Shown here piece after piece: positions 57,119 to 64,000 of a stretch of DNA of 64,000 nucleotides (its first letter is position 1; every line of letters starts with the position of its first letter). The notes beneath the pieces were generated by a model, which did not search any database, was not told the origin of the DNA, and saw nothing but the letters and a program-made list of their open reading frames with translations. The stretch is taken from contig JBBRYI010000003.1 in the NCBI GenBank assembly GCA_038237805.1, positions 183,594-247,593 on the forward strand, read 5' to 3'. The DNA comes from Chthoniobacterales bacterium. GTDB lineage: Bacteria > Verrucomicrobiota > Verrucomicrobiia > Chthoniobacterales > UBA10450. The position numbers were made by a program, and so were the translations under genes.

Positions 57119-58261
57119 CTAAGGTGCAGCTAAGACGTAACCAAGGGGTAGCGTAGGCCCAAAGTTCCAACCATTAAAAACAGTATTACTTAAGTACCAC
57201 AATGCTGTTTGATGTGATCCCGGATTATAAAGCACAAAGTCTGGCTTGCCGTCGAGGTTAAAATCGGCTACTCCAACTAATTGATAACCACTTGCGATAA
57301 TTGGTCCCAAGGCGCTGCTGGAATAGGCAGCTCCTGACAAGTAGTAGATAGCTGATCTGTGAGTGCTCGGATTGAAAAGCGCAAGGTCGCGTTTGCCATC
57401 CCCGTTAAAATCTGCAGCCCCCGCAAACATGTAACCAGAAGCTAGCGTCGGTCCGTAGGCGGACCCGCTATAAGCGTTACCGTTAAGGTAATAAATCGCT
57501 GTTCCGCGTGTAGCCGAATTGTAGAGAAGATAATCCGGTTTTCCGTCCCCGTTAAAATCAGCAGTCGCTACTAACGTATACCCGACAGCAATCGTCGGCC
57601 CGAACGCTCCGCCAACCCGCGCTCCTCCCGATACGTACCAGATCGCGGTTTGACGCGTCCCAGGATTGAAGAGAGCATAGTCGGGCGCGCTATCGCCGTT
57701 GAAATCTGCCGTATCTACCAGGTTCCATCCAGCAGGCAGGCTCGGGCCATAAGCACCACCAATCTTCGTGTTATTATTCAGATACCATACAGCGGTTTGG
57801 TGTGTCGTTGGATTGTAAAGTACATAGTCGACCTTGCCGTCACCGTTGAAATCTGGCTGGGAGAGGCTTGCGGAGTACACCGCGGTCATTGTGTGACCAG
57901 CATCCATCGTCACACTCGTTAGGCGGCTCGTGTCCCAGTCCGAGCCGTCCCGCTGCCATTTTCGGAAAGTGTTGCCGTTTGTAGTCGGAGGAGCAGTTAA
58001 GCTGACGTTTGTGTTGGTGCTGTAGGTGCGCGTAAACTGAGTTATCCCGTCACCCGCACCATTATTATCATTGGGACTCACTTGAATATTTACCCCGTTG
58101 CTTGGATTCAATGACGCCACCGTGAGCGTTTGAGTTGCGGACACGACTAAATCGTAACCGATCACATCCAGATTGATGCCTTCTGGCGAAGTGGCTGTGA
58201 CATCCGAATATTGTCCCGCACAACTAAAGCATTTTGAACATAGGGCTGGGCTTGCGGACAA
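57119..58261 (-). CDS. FG-GAP/VCBS-repeat protein; probably the C-terminal part of a frameshifted larger gene
   Basis: Five or more repeats of the DFNGDGK(P/V)DY.L(Y/F)N..T..TA.WY type. Its first ~12 codons overlap the upstream ORF in another frame. Confidence 0.6.
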   Translation of the reverse strand: MSASPALCSKCFSCAGQYSDVTATSPEGINLDVIGYDLVVSATQTLTVASLNPSNGVNIQVSPNDNNGAGDGITQFTRTYSTNTNVSLTAPPTTNGNTFRKWQRDGSDWDTSRLTSVTMDAGHTMTAVYSASLSQPDFNGDGKVDYVLYNPTTHQTAVWYLNNNTKIGGAYGPSLPAGWNLVDTADFNGDSAPDYALFNPGTRQTAIWYVSGGARVGGAFGPTIAVGYTLVATADFNGDGKPDYLLYNSATRGTAIYYLNGNAYSGSAYGPTLASGYMFAGAADFNGDGKRDLALFNPSTHRSAIYYLSGAAYSSSALGPIIASGYQLVGVADFNLDGKPDFVLYNPGSHQTALWYLSNTVFNGWNFGPTLPLGYVLAAP

Positions 58262-59442
58262 CTTCCACTGAACCAGTCGCCAAAGTCTCCAGACGGATCC
58301 TGGTTGAAATCGACTATATCCGTCGTGCCACTGTTGATGGAGAAGTAACGCGTTCCCGAGGAGCTAAAATTTCTCACGCCAGACGATCCCCAACTAAAAA
58401 GGTCTTGCGGCCGGTAATTGGTGTCCCTGTTTATGTCTGATCCGAGTCCCATGACCTCGTCGATCTCATGCTCAGTCGTCCGCAGGGCGTCGTAATTGTT
58501 TGCAGTTGTCGGCCGGGTGAACTGAAACGAGGCGCCCGAATTGAGAGTTATCGTCGCATCGTATGTACCTCCGTTGTAGGATAGGCCGCCAGGAGTGTTG
58601 AATCCCACCGCTCGCCCGTTCGCACTGCTAACAATGATATTAGTAGATAGGGCACCAGGTGGCAGGCTGGCGTTTGCCGTCGTGTCATTGGACGTTTTTG
58701 CGTCCGCCATGAGCGCGGAGACAAAAGCGTTCCATTGCACGCTATAAATCGAGGTACAGCTTCGCCCCAGGAACCCACCGCCTATAGGACCACACGGGTC
58801 CGCCGAAGTCGTCCAGCGAAAAACAATATTGATAGTAATTGGGTCTGTGAAGAGCGACTCCTCAATATTGATGGCCTGATTGATCATCGATTCTATTGCT
58901 ACCGCGCTCGGATCGTTGAGAATCGTACTGTCGAACGTCGCATTGATGATCAGACCCGTAGTCGCAGTCGTCGCAACTCTCATCACGTCGGACTCTCGGC
59001 CGGTACCGAATACGTTATAGGCGCGAACGCGATAGTAGTAGGTCGCGCCTTTGCGCAGTCCTGTGACCACGCGTCCAGTTACATTACCTACATCCAGATC
59101 TCGATAGCCTTCTACAAAATCGGCGAACGCACTGCTAGTCGAAACATCCAACCGATAACCGGACGCTCCCGGAACACTGGCCCACCTCGCCATGAAGCCT
59201 GTTCGAGTAGCCACGGGCAATATCGTTGCCAGCTCCATCTCGTTCAAGGTTTCACTTGTATTTTTGGCGAACATGCCAGCCGGGTGGGTGACGTGCGCGC
59301 GCGCACCCGCGAAAAAAGAGCTGGGAGCCTGTTGACCTCGTCCAGATCCAGCGATCACAAGCCCAATACCAGTCAAACACAGTGCAACAATGATTACGAT
59401 CCGTAGATTACGAACTCCGATTTGCACGGTTTCAGCTTTCAT
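58162..59442 (-). CDS. Secreted zinc metalloprotease (HExxH; NF038122-like) with an N-terminal FN3-like domain; the 3-prime end is probably frameshifted
   Basis: Has an N-terminal TM/signal segment, an FN3-like segment (GYRLDVSTSSAF..GATYYYRVRAYN) and TEHEIDEVMGLGS (HExxH). Confidence 0.65.
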   Translation of the reverse strand: MKAETVQIGVRNLRIVIIVALCLTGIGLVIAGSGRGQQAPSSFFAGARAHVTHPAGMFAKNTSETLNEMELATILPVATRTGFMARWASVPGASGYRLDVSTSSAFADFVEGYRDLDVGNVTGRVVTGLRKGATYYYRVRAYNVFGTGRESDVMRVATTATTGLIINATFDSTILNDPSAVAIESMINQAINIEESLFTDPITINIVFRWTTSADPCGPIGGGFLGRSCTSIYSVQWNAFVSALMADAKTSNDTTANASLPPGALSTNIIVSSANGRAVGFNTPGGLSYNGGTYDATITLNSGASFQFTRPTTANNYDALRTTEHEIDEVMGLGSDINRDTNYRPQDLFSWGSSGVRNFSSSGTRYFSINSGTTDIVDFNQDPSGDFGDWFSGSCPQAQPYVQNALVVRDNIRMSQPLRQKASIWM

Positions 59443-59791
59443 CGATAAACGCTTATAGTTAATTTTCCTCCCTATAGCCAGATTACATAGAGAATGCCCA
59501 ACGGCGAATGAAAGCTACTGGTTAGTTTACCTAAGTAACAAGGAACGAAGTACCAGTAGGACAGCCGAGCAAGAGAAAACCGATGGCAGAGCGTGGGGGA
59601 GGAAACTGAAACCTTCAAGGCCGGGGGTTTTCCCCGACCACATCTGTTCTTCTTTTTTTACGCAAACAAAATGTGCACTTCTCGACATTTTCTTCGCAAT
59701 CGATCATGTGGCTGGGCTTGCCTTTGGTGGGAATGTTTGCCGCCCGGCGATTCACCGCGCCGCGCGCGTTAGCTAAGGCTGGTGCAAAGTT

Positions 59792-59870
59792 GTAGCGGCG
59801 TTTGTGTCAAACGCCGATGCGAGCCGCACTGGCATCTAATTAAACAGGCGCTTGGCACAAGCGCCTCTAC
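59792..59870. repeat. Inverted REP doublet (REPIN-like)
   Basis: The first unit, gtag-cggcgtttgtgtcaaacgcc, is at 59792-59815. The second, aggcgcttggcacaagcgcct-ctac, is at 59846-59870 in the opposite orientation. Confidence 0.55.
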
Positions 59871-59933
59871 AATTCATCCCGCATTTTCCTGAATCCAAAC
59901 CGCCTTCCCGCCGCATCCATATATATAGACACC

Positions 59934-60317
59934 ATGGAAACTTCATACCCATCACCACCGCCTCTCCCCGCCCCCGCCGTTACCAACGTGCGTACCTGGA
60001 ACGCGCTTTGTCATGCCAGCGCTTTGCTCGGCGTCTTTCTTCATTTCCCCGGCCACCTGCTCGGGCCGCTCATCGTCTGGCTGGCCAGGCGCGGCGCCTC
60101 GCCCGAGATCGATGCGCACGGCAAGGAAGCGCTCAACTTCCAGATCTCGATGCTCATCTACAACGTTATCGCCGCGGTCTTTTGCCTCATCCTGGTCGGC
60201 TTCGTTTTCCTGGCCATCCTTTGGGTCCTCAACGCCGTCTTCGTCATCATCGCCTCCATCCAGGCGAGCGACGGAAAATTCTATCGCTACCCCATGACGA
60301 TTCGGTTCATTCAATAA
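59934..60317 (+). CDS. DUF4870-like small membrane protein
   Basis: Contains NALCHASALLG....HLLGPLIVWL.....SPEIDAHGKEALNFQIS plus TM segments and YRYP near the C-terminus. Confidence 0.65.
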   Translation: METSYPSPPPLPAPAVTNVRTWNALCHASALLGVFLHFPGHLLGPLIVWLARRGASPEIDAHGKEALNFQISMLIYNVIAAVFCLILVGFVFLAILWVLNAVFVIIASIQASDGKFYRYPMTIRFIQ

Positions 60318-60508
60318 TACAGTCCAAGCGCGTTCCGCATTTCGTCTTCCACTCCGCAATCCGCGTTTCGTTGCTGTCAGCTATTCCGTTTTTCAACTTT
60401 TAAGTTTCGATAGTAAGCTCTGACCCCTTCAGGATTTCAGATTTTGCTCGGTGCGTGTTGATAATGAGCTCAATTTGACAGACCGAACTTAGGATAGAAA
60501 CTGATCAA

Positions 60509-61630
60509 ATGAGTGCCCCAGACGCTGAAACAGAAAAGCAGTCGGGTAATGGAAAAGGATCCCAATCGTCCACGCCCCATGTTCGAGCGACACTAGCCGA
60601 AACCCCTGCGCCCGCGGAACCACCCTTGTCGTCCGACACCGTTGATTCACCACCCATTCCGCCGGTCGCTCCTCCCGCCGACTCCAGCCCCAAAGCTCAA
60701 CCGATTCCCGAGACGCCGCCTGCACCGAAAGAGAAATCGTATCGCGAGCTCTTTGACGATTTTCTCAGTATCATTTTCTCAGAAAATCCCTTGGGAAATC
60801 GTCCCGCTTTAAATGCGAGTATCCAAGCTCTTCTAGGAAGCATTCTCAAAGATCATCCTATCCATTCGAATTATCGTGTCCTTGTGATGTTCGATAAACT
60901 CACGCCGATGCGGCAAGACACTGACAAGGTTTATCAAGCTCTCACTGCTTTAAAGGAAACTGAGAAGCCCATCGCATTGGTGATTCATTCTGGTGGCGGG
61001 GAGGTTGATGCTGGATACTTAATCAGCAAACTTTGCCGGGAATTTTCGCCCGAACATTTCATTACGATCGTCCCGCGGCGAGCGAAGTCGGCTGCAACGC
61101 TGATATGCTGCGGCGCTGATCAAATTCACATGGGCAGCATGAGCGAGTTAGGACCGATAGATCCGCAGGTTGGCGATATGCCGGCTCTAGGCCTGAAAAA
61201 CGCGATCCAGCATTTGCTAGATTTAGCCGGCCAGTATCCCGGCGCGTCCGATGTGCTCGCGAAATACCTGGATTCGTCGCTCAAATTGATAAACCTAGGA
61301 TATTATGAGCGAGTAGCCGAATCGGCCGCGCAATATGCAGAACGGCTTCTTAAAAAACGCAAAACGGTGAATGAAATAGCCCCGGGAACAATAGCGAATA
61401 CTCTGGTTTACAACTACAAGGACCACGGTTTCGTCATCGACACGGGCGAAGCGGAGGCCATTTTCGGACCAAACATCATTATTACAAACTCCGCCGAGTA
61501 CAACATGGCTAACGCTCTGTATAACACGTTGTCTTCGATAGAAAGCATGTGTGATGCTGCGGGCTATGGCTTCTATTTTTACGGCTCTTTGAATTCGGTT
61601 CCGCAGATTTATGCGCGAAAGAAGAAGTGA
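60509..61630 (+). CDS. SDH-family / SppA-like Clp-fold serine protease with a Pro/Ser-rich N-terminal extension
   Basis: Contains LVIHSGGGEVDAGYLISK and RRAKSAATLICCGADQIHMGSMSELGPIDPQ (Ser nucleophile context). The first ~80 aa are low complexity. Confidence 0.7.
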   Translation: MSAPDAETEKQSGNGKGSQSSTPHVRATLAETPAPAEPPLSSDTVDSPPIPPVAPPADSSPKAQPIPETPPAPKEKSYRELFDDFLSIIFSENPLGNRPALNASIQALLGSILKDHPIHSNYRVLVMFDKLTPMRQDTDKVYQALTALKETEKPIALVIHSGGGEVDAGYLISKLCREFSPEHFITIVPRRAKSAATLICCGADQIHMGSMSELGPIDPQVGDMPALGLKNAIQHLLDLAGQYPGASDVLAKYLDSSLKLINLGYYERVAESAAQYAERLLKKRKTVNEIAPGTIANTLVYNYKDHGFVIDTGEAEAIFGPNIIITNSAEYNMANALYNTLSSIESMCDAAGYGFYFYGSLNSVPQIYARKKK

Positions 61631-61756
61631 TGAGCACCTCGCCAGCAATTTCCGACGGGCCATATCAACCCAAGAACTATCTCGGGCTTGGCAGCAAGCT
61701 GTGACCGCTTTGGCAACCTCTTCTCGCTCTCCAGTTTCCGGGTCGTCGGAGTTGGA

Positions 61757-62860
61757 ATGAGTAAGCCTGCATTCGAGCTTACTGCGGTCTACCGGCAAGA
61801 AGTCGCTCGGCTTTTATCTGCCCGACAAGAATCCAAGTTGATCCACTCAGCCGGCGACATTGACGCAAGCGGCGACCAACTTGAAGCAGCGTTTCGCGAA
61901 ATGTTAAGAAGAAAGCTACCGCGTCAGTATTTTGTCGGGCATGGTCATGTCGTAGACGAATCGCTCGCGGTAAGCCGGCAATTTGACGTCATCATCGCTG
62001 ACAATAGTGCCACACCGATCCTCTTTGAGGCAGAAAACGGTAGCCAATACTTTCCCTGGGAATCGGTCTACGCAGTCGGGGAGATCAAGTCTACTTACGC
62101 CAAGAACAAACATTACATCAGCAGCTTCGCTAAAAACGTGGAGAACCTTAAGACCACCCTGAAGCGTGAACCGACACCGCCTAACTATTTGGGGAATGGA
62201 GTAACTCTCGGTACAGGTTTGTCTACGGATGAATCGAGGCCGTATCGAAACCCACTATTCCAGTTCATTGTATTTTTCGACTCCGGAAACATGACAGTAG
62301 CAAATATAGCTCGCGAATACACAAATAGCGCAGATCAAAATCTGCCCGTGATTTCAGTTTTCCTTGATGGAAAAATCGTCGTGAAGGCGGAACTTGCCCG
62401 CGCTGAGGGCGGCGGTGTTAAGTTAGGCAATATTGATTTAGACCCACTGAGAGTTGCTGAGCGCGCTGATATCGACTGGATGTGTATCTCCTATACGGAT
62501 ATGCCCGATAAAGGAGCGCATAGTGTCGTGGCATTCATGCTTGGCCTGTTCAGTCATTTAAACGCATGCGTATTAATGCGGCCCCGCGTCAATAACTACT
62601 TACACGCCGTCCTTGAGTCGGCGCGCCACCAATCTGAGGCGGTTTCGTTGAAGGGCCAACTTAAGATTGCCGAACTCAGTGGTTCAAAAATCCCAGAAGG
62701 GGCTATCAGCTTTCTCAAATATAGAGAAGCTGCAGGTCGGTCGCCATTCGGCAAAGTGAGTGACAAAGAGTTACAGAAATACTTCAAAGAGACCGGAGAG
62801 ACGGAAGAGTCTTTGTTCGCTTCATCCCAGTCGGAGCAAAGTGACGCTCCATCAGGGTAG
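61757..62860 (+). CDS. PD-(D/E)xK nuclease-fold protein (DUF6602-like) with a C-terminal extension of about 200 aa
   Basis: GDQLEAAFREMLRRKLP....GHGHVVDE....SRQFDVIIAD......E.......WESVYAVGEIKS matches the D...ExK core and my recollection of DUF6602. Start set at MSKPAFE (61757), with GGAG upstream. Confidence 0.6.
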   Translation: MSKPAFELTAVYRQEVARLLSARQESKLIHSAGDIDASGDQLEAAFREMLRRKLPRQYFVGHGHVVDESLAVSRQFDVIIADNSATPILFEAENGSQYFPWESVYAVGEIKSTYAKNKHYISSFAKNVENLKTTLKREPTPPNYLGNGVTLGTGLSTDESRPYRNPLFQFIVFFDSGNMTVANIAREYTNSADQNLPVISVFLDGKIVVKAELARAEGGGVKLGNIDLDPLRVAERADIDWMCISYTDMPDKGAHSVVAFMLGLFSHLNACVLMRPRVNNYLHAVLESARHQSEAVSLKGQLKIAELSGSKIPEGAISFLKYREAAGRSPFGKVSDKELQKYFKETGETEESLFASSQSEQSDAPSG

Positions 62861-62946
62861 CGCGTGTAGGGCGTCAACTGGTGGGGATCAGAAGGGGGTC
62901 GCATCTATATTTTTGAAATTTCATTTTCGAATAGCACGCGGCAGTT

Positions 62947-62969
62947 GTAGCGGCGTTTGTGTCAAACGC
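62947..62969. repeat. REP-like element; the 27 nt at 62943-62969 are identical to 59788-59814
   Basis: The sequence agttgtagcggcgtttgtgtcaaacgc is identical in both places. Confidence 0.55.
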
Positions 62970-62987
62970 GGACTACTAATTAGATTC

Positions 62988-63320
62988 TTATTCGGACTCA
63001 GGCTTGCTGATGTCAGGTGAAGTCATGTCAAAATAGATGGCGCGAGGAATCTCTGGCAGGTCCCGATGATGGCTCTCGAAAAACTTCCGCTGCTGATATT
63101 GATGAGGGCCAGAAGGGTACGCGCGAATCAAGGTTTCATCGGCGAAATTCCCAAAATGGCTGTACATGTTCGCCGGCCATGTGTAGGTGAACGGTGTCCT
63201 TCCTACGTACTCGTGGTTAATCTCAATGCGAGCTCCAGGAGGGTTCGATTCAAACCGCGTATAAACCGGGGCCGCGCACGAGCACAGCACTAACGAAACC
63301 AGAAGGAGAAACTTTTTCAC
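62988..63320 (-). CDS. Hypothetical lipoprotein (PEGA-like?)
   Basis: MKKFLLLVSLVLCSC contains a lipobox, followed by SNPPGARIEINHEYVGRTP. The GTG start overlaps the stop of the upstream gene. Confidence 0.45.
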   Translation of the reverse strand: MKKFLLLVSLVLCSCAAPVYTRFESNPPGARIEINHEYVGRTPFTYTWPANMYSHFGNFADETLIRAYPSGPHQYQQRKFFESHHRDLPEIPRAIYFDMTSPDISKPESE

Positions 63321-64000
63321 GACACATTTTGATCTCTTTGGTCCGGATTTTGCAATGTTCTATATTTCCACATTTCATTTTCGGACAGCACACGGTCGTG
63401 CAGCGCACGCGCGAAGCGCTCGGGCGCTCCTGTGTCCATGCGTAAATAAAGCGATGGCTCGATGAGTTCCAGCTCCATCAGCCAGTAGCTGCTGCCGTTA
63501 TTCGTACGCACAAAGTCGGCGCGGGCGTAAAGCGGGACGGTGCCGATCGCACGCATCGTTGCATTGCCAGCTTTGCGCAACGCATCTTCGATTTCGACGG
63601 CGCGGATGATTCCGCCGTGTTCTTCCTGCACCCGGAAGTCGGCGGGCTTCGGCAGCTTCAGGATGGTATGACTAAGCACGCCGTTGAAGTAGAAACACGA
63701 GAACTCGCCCTCGGTTGTGATCGCGGACAGGAATGGTTGCACGAGCAATGCACGGTCCGCGTAGTAAGCGCTGACTTCATCGGCTCGGCTACGCGCGGTG
63801 TGCGCGTCGAGACGAAAGGCACCGCTGGCATTCGCCCCAACAACCGGCTTGATCACGACTTCCGCCGTTCCGATCTCTTCGATTAGATCCGGCAACTCGT
63901 TAGGCGCTAGCCGCTCACGCCAGATCGTTGGCACGACAGGGACGCCGCGCTCAGCCAGGTCGCGAAGGTAAGTCTTGCGAATGTTCCAGCGGACGAGATC
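63317..64000 (-). CDS. ATP-grasp domain protein (RimK/GshB-like); N-terminus outside the window
   Basis: The reading frame stays open upstream of the ORF-track Met to the window edge (LVRWNIRKTYLRDLAERGVPVVPTIW...). Also contains VVIKPVVGANASG and LMELELIEPSL. Confidence 0.65.
   Translation of the reverse strand, partial: DLVRWNIRKTYLRDLAERGVPVVPTIWRERLAPNELPDLIEEIGTAEVVIKPVVGANASGAFRLDAHTARSRADEVSAYYADRALLVQPFLSAITTEGEFSCFYFNGVLSHTILKLPKPADFRVQEEHGGIIRAVEIEDALRKAGNATMRAIGTVPLYARADFVRTNNGSSYWLMELELIEPSLYLRMDTGAPERFARALHDRVLSENEMWKYRTLQNPDQRDQNVS

Noticed and set aside
60509-61630. Clp-fold protease interpreted as a prophage head-maturation or scaffold protease, implying a prophage remnant.
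   Set aside because: There are no portal, capsid, terminase, tail or integrase genes within at least 5 kb on either side. The motif set fits the SDH/SppA-like family rather than the phage prohead proteases that I recall.
5566-63905. TCGTTAGGC explained as a recurrent peptide motif (S-L-G or P-N-E/D).
   Set aside because: The copies occur in at least three reading frames and both orientations, in intergenic DNA, and across two stop codons. A coding explanation cannot account for all of them.

Overview
This is a 64-kb chromosomal segment. It is probably from a Verrucomicrobiota-like soil bacterium; that is a guess from exosortase/PEP-CTERM-like sorting tails, dockerin-tailed secreted proteins and overall gene content, and I cannot verify it here.

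Layout:
- (i) 1-5.7 kb: envelope and housekeeping genes (uppS partial, purA, M23 peptidase, uppP, P-II, gmd).
- (ii) 5.8-33.5 kb: a large, visibly AT-richer glycan/O-antigen locus that depends on an ABC transporter. It contains wzm and wzt (split by about 9 kb of cargo), GDP-perosamine synthase plus a GNAT, glf, about 8 glycosyltransferases, 3 SAM methyltransferases, an LbH acyltransferase, an O-antigen-ligase-like protein, two tandem ASST-like/dockerin paralogs, and exosortase plus EpsI.
- (iii) 33.5-36.3 kb: mutL, with a small 2-gene cassette inserted behind it and a displaced copy of the mutL 3-prime end.
- (iv) 36.4-56 kb: core metabolism, including a scattered kynurenine pathway (kynB, aldehyde dehydrogenase, RidA, kynU, KMO) interrupted by an orphan histidine kinase, an Asp-box propeller/MoaD-like pair and others.
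- (v) 56-64 kb: an accessory patch with PEP-CTERM-like proteins, a frameshifted metalloprotease/FG-GAP gene, and a REP-bounded islet encoding a Clp-fold (SDH-type) serine protease next to a PD-(D/E)xK (DUF6602-like) nuclease.

I found no rRNA, tRNA, CRISPR array, integrase, transposase or phage structural gene.

Most interesting observations:
- The protease+nuclease islet is a candidate uncharacterised defence-type module.
- The architecture 'gene - cargo - displaced 3-prime end of that gene' occurs three times.
- The 9-mer TCGTTAGGC occurs 20 times against fewer than 1 expected, and is absent from the 28-kb glycan locus.
- There is a GTAG+hairpin REP-like family and a MITE-like family with AGGTGGATCG termini.

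All coordinates were counted by hand, so repeat positions may be off by 1-2 nt. Family names come from motif recognition and memory, not from searches.
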